Source of the DNA: Corallococcus sp. AB011P
GTDB taxonomy: Bacteria > Myxococcota > Myxococcia > Myxococcales > Myxococcaceae
Assembly (NCBI RefSeq): GCF_003611605.1
Contig: NZ_RAVX01000011.1
Location: forward strand, 132,811-196,810
DNA length: 64,000 nt
Reading direction: 5' to 3'
Position 1 is the first letter of the stretch; each line of letters starts with the position of its first letter. Positions 1 through 10,194 of this stretch are shown here, piece by piece. Below the pieces are notes generated by a model. The model made no database searches and was not told the DNA's origin. It was given only the letters and a program-made list of their open reading frames with translations. The position numbers and the translations under genes were made by a program.

Positions 1-1307
1 TCGCCGCGGGCAAGCCGCCCGTGGGGTGCCTGACGCTGAGCGCTTCGCATGAGGGCGGGCTCGTGCACCTGGGCATGTCCGACGACGGCGCGGGCATCGA
101 CGTGCAGCGCGTGCGGCAGGTCGCGGCGCAGCGGGGCCTGCTCACGGCCGACCAGGCGGCGCGGATGCCGGACGCGGAAGCGCTGACGCTCATCTTCATG
201 CCGGGCTTCAGCACCGCGGAGCGCGTCACGTCGCTGTCCGGCCGGGGCGTGGGCATGGACGTGGTGCGCTCGCAGGTGGAGCGCATTGGCGGCACCGTGG
301 AGGTGCACAGCCGGCCCGGCCAGGGCACGACGTTCACCCTGAAGATTCCCCTCACGCTGGCCATCATCCCGGCGCTGCTCGTCACCTGCCGGGGAGACCG
401 CTACGCGCTGCCGCAGGCCTCCCTGCGGGAGGTGGTGTTCCTGGAGCCCACCCAAGCGCGCAAGGACATCACCCGCATCCAGGGCGCGTGCGTCCTGCGG
501 CTGCGCGGGGAGCTGCTGCCGCTGGTGGTGCTCGCCGCCGAATTGGGCGTGGGGCCGGCGATGCCGGACCTGGACGAGGGCGCCACCGTCGTCGTGCTTC
601 AGGCCGGTGAGCGCACCTTCGGGCTGTGGGTGGACGCCATCCACGACACGGAGGAGATCGTCGTCAAGCCGCTGTGGAAGCACCTGAAGGGGCTGGCCTG
701 CTACGCGGGCGCGACGGTGCTGGGCGACGGGCGCGTGGCGCTCATCCTGGACGCCATGGGCCTGGGCCGCCGCGTGGGCACCGTCACGGAGGCACAGGCC
801 CAGGTCGTCATTCCGGAGGCCGCGGAAGCACCGGCCCCGCAGGAGACACGCGAGCGGGTGCTGCTGTGCCGCAATGGCGCGGAGGGCCGCGTGGCCATTC
901 CGCTGTCGCGCGTGGCCCGGCTGGAGGAGCTGCCCGCATCGGACGTGGAGCGGATGAGCGGAGGCATGGAGATGGCGCGCTACCACGGGCAGCTGCTGCC
1001 GCTGGTGCACGTGGCCTCCGTGCTGGAGGCGAGGCCCGGCGCGACGGAGCGGATCACGCAGCACCTCCAGGTCACCCTGGGCGAGTCGCTGTCCGTCGTC
1101 GTCACCCAGCACGCGGACACGCGCGTGGGGCTGGTGGTGGACGCCATCCTCGACGTCGCGGAGGTGGAGCTCGCGCTCCAGCGCGAGACGCGCCGCCCGG
1201 GCGTGCTGGGCTCCATGGTGGTGCAGGCCCGGGCCACCGAGTTCCTGGACGTGGAGGGCACCGTGCGCGCCGTGCACCCGGAGCTGCTGACAGGCGGTGC
1301 GCCATGA
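1..1307 (+). CDS. cheA: Chemotaxis histidine kinase CheA, C-terminal part (HATPase_c plus two CheW-like domains); the 5' end lies outside the window
   Basis: The frame is open from window base 3. Motifs seen: DDGAGID, GRGVGMDVV, GQGTTF (HATPase G-boxes), followed by two CheW-like regulatory domains. The stop overlaps the next ATG (ATGA). Confidence 0.85.
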   Translation, partial: AAGKPPVGCLTLSASHEGGLVHLGMSDDGAGIDVQRVRQVAAQRGLLTADQAARMPDAEALTLIFMPGFSTAERVTSLSGRGVGMDVVRSQVERIGGTVEVHSRPGQGTTFTLKIPLTLAIIPALLVTCRGDRYALPQASLREVVFLEPTQARKDITRIQGACVLRLRGELLPLVVLAAELGVGPAMPDLDEGATVVVLQAGERTFGLWVDAIHDTEEIVVKPLWKHLKGLACYAGATVLGDGRVALILDAMGLGRRVGTVTEAQAQVVIPEAAEAPAPQETRERVLLCRNGAEGRVAIPLSRVARLEELPASDVERMSGGMEMARYHGQLLPLVHVASVLEARPGATERITQHLQVTLGESLSVVVTQHADTRVGLVVDAILDVAEVELALQRETRRPGVLGSMVVQARATEFLDVEGTVRAVHPELLTGGAP

Positions 1308-1792
1308 GCGGCTTCCGCCAGCTGTGCTCGTTCCAGGTGGGTGACCACCTGTTCGGCCTGGACATCGAACGCGTGCAGGAGATTTTGCTCCCGCCCCCGC
1401 TCACGCGTGTCCCCGGCGCGCCTCCGGAAGTGGCGGGGCTGCTCAACCTGCGCGGGCAGATCGTCCCCGCCATCGACCTGCGCCGCCGCCTGGACCTGCC
1501 CGAAGGCACCGCCCCCGCGGACGCGCCCCACGTCGTGCTGCGCGGCGACGAAGGCGCGGTGAGCCTTCGCGTGGATGCCATTGGCGACATCCTCCCCTTC
1601 GAGCAGTCGGACCTGGCGCCGCTGCCGGACAACCTGCGCGGGCCGCTGCGCTCGCTGCTGTTGGGTGTCCATGCGCTGCCGGACCGGCTGCTGCTCGTGT
1701 TGTCCGCGGACGCGGTGGTGGACGGGCTCTCACCCGCGTCCAACGCGTCCGCCTCCCCTTCCCCCCCCGTGCTTCCCCAGGAGTCCCGCTGA
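1304..1792 (+). CDS. cheW: CheW coupling protein (162 aa)
   Basis: CheW-like domain ([12 protein letters not shown]...[19 protein letters not shown]). The ATG overlaps the cheA stop. The start was computed from the ORF-track frame. Confidence 0.85.
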   Translation: MSGFRQLCSFQVGDHLFGLDIERVQEILLPPPLTRVPGAPPEVAGLLNLRGQIVPAIDLRRRLDLPEGTAPADAPHVVLRGDEGAVSLRVDAIGDILPFEQSDLAPLPDNLRGPLRSLLLGVHALPDRLLLVLSADAVVDGLSPASNASASPSPPVLPQESR

Positions 1793-3894
1793 TGGCCCGC
1801 CCGACCGCGCCCGCCGTGAAAACCACCCTCTTCCAGCGCCTGGGCGGCAAGGCCCCCCTGACGGCCGCCGTGCAGAAGCTCTACGCGCGGGTGATGACGG
1901 ACGCCCTGCTCAAGCCCTACTTCCGCCGCGCGGACATGCTCCAGCTGCAGCGCCAGATGGTCGCGTTCCTCACCCAGCACCTGGGCGGGCCGGCCGTCTA
2001 CAAGGGCCCGTCGATGCGCGAAGTGCACGCGCGCATGGAGCTCAAGCCCCATCACTTCGGGCGCGTCGCCGAACACCTGGCCACCGTGCTGGATGACCTG
2101 GACGTGCCGGGCCCCATCGCCCGCGAGGTGCTGGCCGCCGTGGGCACGAGGCAGGACGACACCGTGAGCAGGCCCGTGGCGAAGGCCGCCTCGCGGACCG
2201 CCGCCGTGAAGCGTGCTCCGGCGCGTGCCTCCCGGACGGAGGGACGCCGGGTCGCCGTGGCGTCCGCACCCGCGGCCCGGTCCTCGCGCCGCCGCGCGCC
2301 CACGCCGCTCGAAGGAGCCCTGAGCGAGGCGGTGCTGGACGCGGCGAGCGTCAACCTGTTCGTCCTGGACACGGACCTGGCCATCGTCTTCTCGAACGCG
2401 TCCTCCTCGGAGGCCATCGAGCGCATCGACCAGGCGTCTGGCCTCCGCGACGGCGCGGGGGACGCGGGCGGCGACTTCCTCGCCCACTTCGAGCATCAGC
2501 TACGGCTGGAGGAGGAGCGGCTGCTGGATCCCTCCGCGCTGCCGCATGAGGCCCACTTCGCGGTGGGCCCCACCCTGCTCAAGGCGCGCATCGACGGCAT
2601 CTCGGGCCGGGGCGGAGCGCTCACCGGCTACGTGGTGACGTGGACGGACGTCACGGATCAGCAGCGCGCGGACACGGAGTTGGCGCGCCTCAGGGCCATG
2701 ATGGAGAACGCGCCCACCTGCGTGATGGTGGCCGACCTGGACCTGAAGATCATCTACCTGAACCCCGCCTCGCGCCGGCTGTTGCAGCGCGTGGAGAAGC
2801 ACCTGCCCGTCGCCGCGGACCGGGTGCTGGGCTCCCACATCGACGTCTTCCACCGGGACGTGACGTACCAGCGGAAGATCCTGTCCAACGACAAGAACCT
2901 GCCGGTGCGCGCGAACATCCCCATTGGCCCGGAGACCGCGGACCTGCTGGTGACGGCGGTGTACGACGGCCAGGGCCGCTACCTGGGCCCCATGGTGACG
3001 TGGGAGCTGATCACGGAGAAGCTCGCCGTGCAGCAGCGCGAGCAGGATCTGGACACCACCCTGCGCGGCATCTTCCAGGAGGTGACGCAGCACTCGCAGA
3101 CGCTCGCCGCGTCGTCGCAGGAGCTGTCCAGCGTCAGCCAGCAGATGGTGAGCAACGCCCAGGAGACCGCGGCGCAGGCCACCCAGGTGTCCGCTGGCGC
3201 CGAACAGGTCAGCCGCAACGTGCAGAGCGTCGCGTCCGGCATGGAGGAGGTCAACGCGAACATCCGCGAGGTGGCGCGCAACGCGAGCTCCGCCGCCAAG
3301 GTGGCCGCGTCCGCGGTGAAGCTCGCGGACTCCACGTCCAACGTCGTCGGCAAGCTGGGCACGAGCAGCCAGGAGATCGGCAAGGTCATCAAGGTCATCA
3401 CCTCCATCGCGCAGCAGACGAACCTGCTGGCGCTCAACGCGACCATCGAGGCGGCCCGCGCCGGCGAGGCGGGCCGGGGCTTCGCGGTGGTGGCCAACGA
3501 GGTGAAGGAGCTGGCGCGCGAGACGGCCCGCGCCACGGAGGACATCGGCCAGAAGATCGGCACCATCCAGGGCGACACCGAGGAGGTGGTCAACGCCATC
3601 CTGGAGATCGGCGCCACCATCAGCCGCATCAACGAGCTGCAGACGTCCATCGCCTCCTCCGTGGAGGAGCAGACGGCCACCGCGGGAGAGATCCTCCGCA
3701 ACGTGGGCGAGGCCGCCAAGGGCAGCCAGCAGATCTCCGAGAACATGGCCGCCGTGGCGGAGGCCGCGCGCAGCACCACCGAGGGCGCGGGCAGCACGCA
3801 GCGCTCGGCGGTGGAGCTGGCCCACATGGCGCAGTCGCTGCAACGGCTGGTCGTGCAGGTGGACACCTCCGACAAGCCGGCGCGGACGAAGTAG
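1792..3894 (+). CDS. Soluble methyl-accepting chemotaxis protein with an N-terminal group-I truncated haemoglobin (2/2 Hb) domain, PAS domains and a C-terminal MCP signalling domain
   Basis: The N-terminus aligns with the trHbN pattern (LGG...Y.G..M..VH....I...HF..V..HL). The C-terminus carries the classic MCP signalling motif [31 protein letters not shown]. No TM segments. The start overlaps the cheW stop. Confidence 0.8.
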   Translation: MARPTAPAVKTTLFQRLGGKAPLTAAVQKLYARVMTDALLKPYFRRADMLQLQRQMVAFLTQHLGGPAVYKGPSMREVHARMELKPHHFGRVAEHLATVLDDLDVPGPIAREVLAAVGTRQDDTVSRPVAKAASRTAAVKRAPARASRTEGRRVAVASAPAARSSRRRAPTPLEGALSEAVLDAASVNLFVLDTDLAIVFSNASSSEAIERIDQASGLRDGAGDAGGDFLAHFEHQLRLEEERLLDPSALPHEAHFAVGPTLLKARIDGISGRGGALTGYVVTWTDVTDQQRADTELARLRAMMENAPTCVMVADLDLKIIYLNPASRRLLQRVEKHLPVAADRVLGSHIDVFHRDVTYQRKILSNDKNLPVRANIPIGPETADLLVTAVYDGQGRYLGPMVTWELITEKLAVQQREQDLDTTLRGIFQEVTQHSQTLAASSQELSSVSQQMVSNAQETAAQATQVSAGAEQVSRNVQSVASGMEEVNANIREVARNASSAAKVAASAVKLADSTSNVVGKLGTSSQEIGKVIKVITSIAQQTNLLALNATIEAARAGEAGRGFAVVANEVKELARETARATEDIGQKIGTIQGDTEEVVNAILEIGATISRINELQTSIASSVEEQTATAGEILRNVGEAAKGSQQISENMAAVAEAARSTTEGAGSTQRSAVELAHMAQSLQRLVVQVDTSDKPARTK

Positions 3895-3928
3895 CGCGGG
3901 CGGCGTCAGGCCCAGGGAGCCACGTCAC

Positions 3929-5458
3929 GTGCGAACCGGATTGAAGCGGTGGTGGGAGCTGGGCCAGGTGGCCCGTGCCTCCACGCGCCTGCGGCGGGTG
4001 TCCCGGCCCCAGGACGAGGAGCGCGCGAGGCACGAGCTGGCCCAGCGGCTGTTGGGCCTGCGCGGGCTGCCCCAGAAGGTGGGCCAGGTGCTCACGCTCG
4101 CGGAGCTGGGCGCGGACACGCCGGGGTTCGGTTCGCTCGCGGAGGCGCCCTCCCCGCTCGCGCCGGAGGCCGCGCTGGCGGAGGTGTCCCGCCGGTTGGG
4201 CCGTCCGTGGCGGGAGGTGTTCAAGTCGCTGGACGGCGTGGGCATCGCCGCGTCGCTGGGCCAGGTGCACCGGGGCGTGCTGCATGACGGGCGCGCCGTG
4301 GCCGTGAAGCTGCGGCACCCGGGCATCGCGGAGGCCGTGCGGGATGATCTGCGCGCGCTGGGGTGGCTGGCCGCGCCGCTGGGAGGCTGGCGCGGGAAGC
4401 TGGACCTGTCCGCCTACCGCCACGAGCTGGCCCGCATGCTCCAGGGCGAACTGGACTATCGCCACGAGGCCCAGGCCCTGTCGGACGCGGGATCGCGCAT
4501 GGCGGACGTGCCGGGCGTCGTCGTCCCCGCGCCGGTGGACGCGCTCACGCGGGAAGACCTGCTGGTGATGACCTGGGTGGAGGGGGCGTCGCTCGCGGAT
4601 GGCTGGCGCTGGAGCGAAGCGGACCGCCGCGCGCTGTCCACCACGCTGGTGCGGCTGTTCCTCCACGGCTGCTTCACGTGGGGCGCGCTCCACGCGGATC
4701 CGCACCCGGGCAACTACCGCGTGTCGCGGGGACCGGACGGCAAGCCCGTGCTGGGAGTGCTCGACTTCGGCTGCGTGAAGCCGCTGCCGCCGGAGCTGGC
4801 CGTGGGGTTGGGGCGATTACTCTCGCTCCTCAAGTGTCCGAGCACTCCGCCGCGCCCGGAGCAGCTCCTGTCCGCGTGGGTGACGCTGGGCTTCGCGCCG
4901 GAGCTGCTGGAGCCCATGGCGGAGGTGCTGCCCGCCGTCAGCCGCGTGCTGCTGGAGCCCTTCCTCCTGGACCGTGCCTTCCACGCGCGAAGCTGGCGGT
5001 TGGGCGAGCGGCTCACCGAGGCGCTGGGGCCGCACCGCTGGAACTTCCGGGCAGCGGGGCCCGCGTCGCTCCTGTTCGTCCTGCGCGCGTTCCACGGGCT
5101 GGTGCGCCACCTGGACGTGCTGGATGCGCCCATCGCCTGGGGGCCGCTCCTGGACGAGGCCCGAGCCCCGTCGCTGCCGCCCCCGCCTTCGCCACCGGAG
5201 GCGCGCGTGGAGGGCACCGCGCGCTACCTGAAGGTCCAGGTGACGGAAGGAGGGCACACGCGCGTCGCGCTGACCTTCCGCGCGGACGTGACGGCGCACC
5301 TGGAGGACCTGCTGCCGGAGGACCTGTCGCGCAAGCTGGCGGCGCGGGGCGTGGATCCGGCGGCCATGGGTATCGCGGCGGTCGCGGCGGGGCTGCGGCC
5401 GTCGGAGTTGTTCCACCTGGACGAGGGCCCCCGGCGTGTCCGGGTCTGGCTCGAATGA
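3929..5458 (+). CDS. ABC1/UbiB-family atypical protein kinase (AarF-domain kinase)
   Basis: ABC1 family signatures (GQVLTLAELG..., LDYRHEAQALS, VLDFGCVKPLP). Embedded in the che operon on the same strand. GTG start. Confidence 0.7.
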   Translation: MRTGLKRWWELGQVARASTRLRRVSRPQDEERARHELAQRLLGLRGLPQKVGQVLTLAELGADTPGFGSLAEAPSPLAPEAALAEVSRRLGRPWREVFKSLDGVGIAASLGQVHRGVLHDGRAVAVKLRHPGIAEAVRDDLRALGWLAAPLGGWRGKLDLSAYRHELARMLQGELDYRHEAQALSDAGSRMADVPGVVVPAPVDALTREDLLVMTWVEGASLADGWRWSEADRRALSTTLVRLFLHGCFTWGALHADPHPGNYRVSRGPDGKPVLGVLDFGCVKPLPPELAVGLGRLLSLLKCPSTPPRPEQLLSAWVTLGFAPELLEPMAEVLPAVSRVLLEPFLLDRAFHARSWRLGERLTEALGPHRWNFRAAGPASLLFVLRAFHGLVRHLDVLDAPIAWGPLLDEARAPSLPPPPSPPEARVEGTARYLKVQVTEGGHTRVALTFRADVTAHLEDLLPEDLSRKLAARGVDPAAMGIAAVAAGLRPSELFHLDEGPRRVRVWLE

Positions 5459-5480
5459 AACCCGGACAAGGAGGTGACGG

Positions 5481-5816
5481 ATGGTCACCATCGGCATGAA
5501 CTACGAAGTGCGTGAAGGCAAGGCGGAAGCCTTCGAGCGGAAGTTCGCGCTCGTGCTGGAGGCGATGCGCAAGCTGCCGACGCACGTGCACACGGAGCTG
5601 TTCAAGAGCGTGGGGGCGCCGGAGCGCTACCTCATCGTCTCCGAGTGGCACAGCCGCGAGGGCTTCGACGCCTTCGTCGCGTCCGAGGCCTTCCACCGCG
5701 TGACGGACTGGGGCGCCAGCGCCATCCTCGCGAGCCGGCCGCGCCACGAGGTGTATGGCGAGAGGGCCGCCAGCGCCCCCGCGGGCCGCTGCCCGGTCGC
5801 GCACGCGGTGCGGTGA
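5481..5816 (+). CDS. Antibiotic-biosynthesis-monooxygenase (ABM/Dabb) domain protein
   Basis: About 100-aa ferredoxin-like ABM pattern (YLIVSEWHSREGFDAFVASEAF). Compact, co-directional with the che genes. Confidence 0.6.
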   Translation: MVTIGMNYEVREGKAEAFERKFALVLEAMRKLPTHVHTELFKSVGAPERYLIVSEWHSREGFDAFVASEAFHRVTDWGASAILASRPRHEVYGERAASAPAGRCPVAHAVR

Positions 5817-5827
5817 AGCGGGTGCGA

Positions 5828-6892
5828 ATGAACGCCATCCGGGTCCTGGTGGTGGACGACGCGGCCGTGGTGCGGCGCCAGGTGTCGCTGCTGCTGGGCG
5901 CGGCCCCGGGCCTGGAGGTCGTCGCCACCGCGCCCAATGGCCGCATCGCCCTGGCGAAGGTGGAGCAGTTCCAGCCGGACGTCGTGCTGTTGGACCTGGA
6001 GATGCCGGAGCTGGACGGGCTGGAGACGCTGAAGCTCCTGCGCCAGCGCGCTCCAGAGTTGCCCGTGGTGATGTTCAGCGCGCTCACCGAACGCGCGGGC
6101 GTGTTGACCCTGGAGGCGCTCGCGCTGGGGGCCCGCGACTACGTGACGAAGCCCACGTCCGCGGGCGGGATGAACATCACCGTGGAGGCCGTGCGGGATG
6201 AGCTGGTGCGCAAGCTCAAGGCGCTGAACGTGCGCACGCCGTCCGCCGCGCCCTCGCCGTCACCGGTGACGCGCGAGCCCGTGTCCCGGCCTCGAATGCC
6301 CGCGCGGGTGGAGGCCATCGTCGTCGGCGCGTCCACCGGAGGCCCGGGCGCGCTGGTGCGCCTGGTGTCCGCGCTGCCCGCGGACCTGCCGGTGCCGGTG
6401 TTCATCGTGCAACACATGCCGCCCCTCTTCACCCGGCTGCTCGCGGAGCGGTTGCAGGGGGTGACGCCGCTCACCGTGCGCGAGGCGGTGACGGGCGCCA
6501 CCGTGCAGGCGGGCGCGGTGTGGGTCGCCCCCGGCGACTTCCACCTGGCCGTGTGCCGGGATGCGACGGGCGTGCGGCTGCTCACGCACCAGGGGCCGGC
6601 GGAGAACGCGTGCCGTCCGGCGGTGGACCTGCTCTTCCGCTCCGCGGCGGAGGTGTACGGCGCGGGGGTCCTGGCGGTGGTGCTCACCGGCATGGGCCAG
6701 GACGGGCTGCGCGGCTGCCGGCGGGTGAACGAGGCAGGTGGTCAGGTGGTGGTGCAGGACCAGGCCAGCTGCGTCGCCGGCAGCATGCCGGGCGCGGTGG
6801 AACAGGCGGGGCTCGCGGATGCCGTGATGCCCCTGGAGGCGCTGGCCCCGGAGCTGGCGCGGCGCGTGGACGCGCGCGGACGGAGGACCTGA
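5828..6892 (+). CDS. cheB: Chemotaxis response regulator protein-glutamate methylesterase CheB
   Basis: N-terminal receiver (VLVVDDAAVVR...DVVLLDLEMPELDG) and C-terminal CheB methylesterase (GASTGGPGAL...FIVQHMPP...GMGQDGL). An alternative GTG start is at 5822. Confidence 0.85.
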   Translation: MNAIRVLVVDDAAVVRRQVSLLLGAAPGLEVVATAPNGRIALAKVEQFQPDVVLLDLEMPELDGLETLKLLRQRAPELPVVMFSALTERAGVLTLEALALGARDYVTKPTSAGGMNITVEAVRDELVRKLKALNVRTPSAAPSPSPVTREPVSRPRMPARVEAIVVGASTGGPGALVRLVSALPADLPVPVFIVQHMPPLFTRLLAERLQGVTPLTVREAVTGATVQAGAVWVAPGDFHLAVCRDATGVRLLTHQGPAENACRPAVDLLFRSAAEVYGAGVLAVVLTGMGQDGLRGCRRVNEAGGQVVVQDQASCVAGSMPGAVEQAGLADAVMPLEALAPELARRVDARGRRT

Positions 6893-6894
6893 AC

Positions 6895-7785
6895 ATGTCC
6901 CTGCTTCCCGACGACTTCGCGTACCTGCGGCAGCGCGTGCTGCGCCGCTCCGGGCTCGTGCTGGAGTCAGACACGCACGCGCTGGTGGAGACGCGGCTCA
7001 CGCCCCTCATGCGCGAGGAGCGGCTGCCGGACCTCTCCGCCCTGGTCTCCCGGTTGCGCTCGCAGCCGGAGGGCAGTCCGCTCCACCAGCGCCTGGCGGA
7101 AGCGCTGGCCAACCACGAGACGGCCTTCTTCCGCGACGCGAGCGTCTTCGAGGCCCTGCGCACCACGGTGCTCCCCACCCTGCTGGCGAAGCGCGTCCGC
7201 ACGCGGACCCTGCGCATCTGGTGCGCGGCGTGCGCCTACGGCCAGGAGCCCTACAGCGTCGCGATGACGCTGGCCGAGGCCGGGCTGCTCATCACCGGAT
7301 GGACGGTGTGCATCCTCGCCACCGACTTCTCCACCCGCGCGATCCTCCGTGCCTGCGAGGCCCGCTACGACGTGAAGGAGATCCACCGCGGCCTGACGCC
7401 CGAGCTGCGCCAGCGCTACTTCCACCAGGAGCGCGACGGGTGGCGGCTGAGCGAACAGGTGCGCAAGCCAGTGGAGTTCCGGCAGCTCAACCTGCTGGAA
7501 GACTTCCCGCTGGAAGCGCCCGTGGATCTCGTCTTCCTGCGCAACGTGATGATCTACTGGGACGTGCCCACCCGGCGCGCGGTGCTCGCCCGCGTGCGGC
7601 GGATGCTCCACGCGGACGGCTACCTGGTGCTGGGCGCCGCGGAGGCCTCGCCCTTGGTGGAGGACGGCTTCACGCGGCACCTGGTTGGACAGACGAGCTG
7701 GTACCGCCCCACACCCGCCTCGCCCGGCGTCGGCGCGCCCGTGGAGGACGCGCGGCGCTCGCCCCGCTCCGGCGCTACACCTTGA
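6895..7785 (+). CDS. cheR: Chemotaxis protein methyltransferase CheR
   Basis: CheR N-terminal and SAM-dependent methyltransferase domains (ETAFFRD..., RIWCAACAYGQEPYSVAM, LVFLRNVMIYWD). The start lies 3 nt after the cheB stop. Confidence 0.85.
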   Translation: MSLLPDDFAYLRQRVLRRSGLVLESDTHALVETRLTPLMREERLPDLSALVSRLRSQPEGSPLHQRLAEALANHETAFFRDASVFEALRTTVLPTLLAKRVRTRTLRIWCAACAYGQEPYSVAMTLAEAGLLITGWTVCILATDFSTRAILRACEARYDVKEIHRGLTPELRQRYFHQERDGWRLSEQVRKPVEFRQLNLLEDFPLEAPVDLVFLRNVMIYWDVPTRRAVLARVRRMLHADGYLVLGAAEASPLVEDGFTRHLVGQTSWYRPTPASPGVGAPVEDARRSPRSGATP

Positions 7786-8695
7786 GGCGGATGGCGCCCG
7801 GCAACAGCGTCATGGTGCAGGGCAGCCGGCCCGGCGTCTCGCCGTCCACGTCCAGGAACACGTCGCCCGTCAGCGGCTCCGCGTGGAGCGTGCGGCAGCG
7901 CAGCCGCCGCGTGCCCTTCCAGGTGACGTGGTCGCCGTTGTAGACGCCCTTGGACTTGAGGACGAAGTCGGACAGGCCGTAGTTGGACCAGATGGTGACG
8001 TCGAAGAGGCCGTCGTGCGTCACCGCGTCAGGCGCCACGAACATGCCGCTGCCGAAGTAGCGGCCATTGGCCACGGCCACCGCGGTGACGCTCACCGTCT
8101 CCGGCTCGCCGCCGTCCACCGTGAGGCGCACCTGCTGCTCCTGGTACTTGATGAGGCCCTTCACCGTGCCCCACATGAAGCTCAGGTTGCCGCCCAGCGC
8201 CTTGCTGCCCTGATTCACCTCGCGGGCCACCACCGCGCTCACGCCGAACGAGGCGATGTTGGAGAAGAAGCGCGTGGCCGGCTTGCCGTCGTTGTCGGTG
8301 AACTCCAGCCGCCCCACGTCGAAGGGCTCGGTGGTTTCCGTGCGCAGCCGCTCCAGCGCGGACGTCAGCTCCAGGTCCCACCCGAAGGTGCGGCGGAAGT
8401 CGCCGCCGGTGCCTCGGGGCAACAGGCCCAGCGTGGCCCGGGGGTTGATGACCTGTCCGTCGCGGAAGAAGCCGTTGGTGACCTCGTTGAGGGTGCCGTC
8501 GCCGCCCACCGCGACGATGCACTCGTAGCCATCGTCGATGGCCTGCCGCGCCAGACGCGCCGCATCCATGCCGCCGCTGGTGAAGCCGTACCCGAAGTCA
8601 CCGAGCACCTTGCCCACCTGCGCGGAGATCTCCACCCATCGCTTCCCCGTCTGCCCGTTGGCGCTGCGCGGGTTGACCACGAGGAACGTCTTCAT
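7775..8695 (-). CDS. Lipid kinase of the DAGK_cat / YegS-BmrU family
   Basis: DAGK catalytic domain with VAVGGDGTLNEV and GLLPRGTGGDF motifs. Convergent with cheR, overlapping by about 10 nt. Confidence 0.75.
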   Translation of the reverse strand: MKTFLVVNPRSANGQTGKRWVEISAQVGKVLGDFGYGFTSGGMDAARLARQAIDDGYECIVAVGGDGTLNEVTNGFFRDGQVINPRATLGLLPRGTGGDFRRTFGWDLELTSALERLRTETTEPFDVGRLEFTDNDGKPATRFFSNIASFGVSAVVAREVNQGSKALGGNLSFMWGTVKGLIKYQEQQVRLTVDGGEPETVSVTAVAVANGRYFGSGMFVAPDAVTHDGLFDVTIWSNYGLSDFVLKSKGVYNGDHVTWKGTRRLRCRTLHAEPLTGDVFLDVDGETPGRLPCTMTLLPGAIRLKV

Positions 8696-8812
8696 TCAGT
8701 GCCTTCTCCCTGCTGCCAGAACGGCCTGTTTACGCAATTGTGAGCCAAGGCTCCACTCCGTGACCCACGGGAGGGCCACTCCGCCCGGGGTGTTTGTCAC
8801 CCGGCCCCGTCC

Positions 8813-9532
8813 ATGCTGGGCTCTCCGCCCCCTGTTTTCGTCCCGGTCCCCCGAGTGAAAGCCCCATCCCCCACCGAGCAGCTCGCGCCCCACCGGGAGG
8901 CCACGCGCGCCCTGGACTGGGCGCTGCCCGCGCTCCGGGCGGACCTGGCGGCGGCGGCGCGGCAGCCCTTCCGGGAGACAGGGGCCCAGGAGGACTTCCT
9001 GCACCGCCATGACGCACCGGCCCATGAAGCCCAGGGACCGGCGCGGACGGAGCGCTTCGAGCGGGCCCTGGCCCGGGTGCGGCGGCTCGCGGACGCGGGC
9101 CAGCCGCTGACCTTCTCCCGGATGGTGGAGGTCCAGTCGGAGCTCCTGGGCGGGCCCACGGGCTTTCGCACCGGGGACGCCTTCGCGAGGGGTGGCGCGC
9201 ACCGCTATGCGCACGCGCCCGGCCTGGAGGCGGCCTTCCGCGACAAGGTGGAGACGGACGCGCGGGAAGAGCGTCACCCGGTGGTACATGCCACGCGGTT
9301 GTACCTGGACCTGTGTTTCTTCCACCCCTTCCCGGACGGCAACGCGCGCGCGGCGCGGCTGTGGCTGGAATACATGCTGCGCCGGGGCCGGCTGCCCACG
9401 CCACCGCTGGCGCCCGTGGTGCTGTGGCCCAAGCGCCCGGGCGACGCGGTGAACTACACGCGGCTGGCGAGGCTGCTGGCCCGGACCATCGCGGGGCCGG
9501 ACGCCCCGTGCCGCAACGAGGTGCCTGAATGA
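8813..9532 (+). CDS. Fic/Doc-family (Fido) domain protein with a variant active-site motif
   Basis: HPFPDGNARAARLW matches the Fic core HxFx(D/E)GNGRxxR with G-to-A in the third-last position. Start uncertain (first ATG of the ORF). Confidence 0.55.
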   Translation: MLGSPPPVFVPVPRVKAPSPTEQLAPHREATRALDWALPALRADLAAAARQPFRETGAQEDFLHRHDAPAHEAQGPARTERFERALARVRRLADAGQPLTFSRMVEVQSELLGGPTGFRTGDAFARGGAHRYAHAPGLEAAFRDKVETDAREERHPVVHATRLYLDLCFFHPFPDGNARAARLWLEYMLRRGRLPTPPLAPVVLWPKRPGDAVNYTRLARLLARTIAGPDAPCRNEVPE

Positions 9533-10194
9533 GCAGTGACGCATCGGCTTTCACGTGGCGCCGCATCCGCGACAGCCTGGATGCCTACTCACCGCAATCG
9601 CTGGCGTCCCGGCTGAGGGAGGCCCTGGCCCCCCTGCGGACCGGAAGCATTCACACAAGCCGACTCAAGCAGGCGAAGAACGCCGTGCAGGACCTGCTCC
9701 AGGCCGAGCTGGGTCCCTGGTACATCGAGAGCGGCCTGCCCCTGGGCAATGAGGTGCTGGGGGGCTATTGCTGGTGCCACTCGTTCTTCAACCAGAACCC
9801 GCCGCATCGGACCTTGGATGTGGATGAGAACATCCAGCTCATGCTGGAGGCGCTGGAGCGGATCCGTTCGTTCCTGTACGCGCTGGACGGCGTGTATCAG
9901 GCCTCGCGCCGTCAGCTCGAGTTGGCGGCCGACGACAAGGCTCTCCGGGCGAAGGCGCTCGCGGAAGGGCTGGTGCGGACCGTGGACCTGACGGCGGAGA
10001 CGACGTCCTGCGAGGAGACCTGGTACCAGGTCGCGCAGGACGCCATGACGTGGTGCATCGAGGCAATGGAGCTGCCCTTGTCGGAGGCCACGCAGGAGCA
10101 GTTGGACACGGCCTTCGTCTTCACATCCTGGATTGCGCCTCCCCCGGAGGCTCTCCGTGAGGCGGCGGCGCGGGTGGCGGAGGTGGCCGTATGA
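9529..10194 (+). CDS. Hypothetical protein, paralogue A of a tandem pair (conserved GGYCWCH motif)
   Basis: ATG overlaps the Fic-like stop (ATGA). About 45% identity to the next gene. Conserved blocks: IRDSLD.Y, LGPWY.E.GL.LGNE..GGYCWCH.FF, NIQL...ALER. GC lower than surroundings. Confidence 0.6.
   Translation: MSSDASAFTWRRIRDSLDAYSPQSLASRLREALAPLRTGSIHTSRLKQAKNAVQDLLQAELGPWYIESGLPLGNEVLGGYCWCHSFFNQNPPHRTLDVDENIQLMLEALERIRSFLYALDGVYQASRRQLELAADDKALRAKALAEGLVRTVDLTAETTSCEETWYQVAQDAMTWCIEAMELPLSEATQEQLDTAFVFTSWIAPPPEALREAAARVAEVAV

Noticed and set aside
21-1307. ATG at 21 as the true start of cheA
   Set aside because: The frame is open to the window edge, and the encoded segment begins inside the HATPase domain. 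The gene is truncated by the window, not initiated at 21.
1102-3843. Long minus-strand ORFs (1102..2496, 2500..3843, 3629..4705) overlapping cheW, the MCP and the ABC1 kinase
   Set aside because: They are antisense to genes with clear domain matches. Their R/G/A/H-rich composition is a GC-frame artefact.
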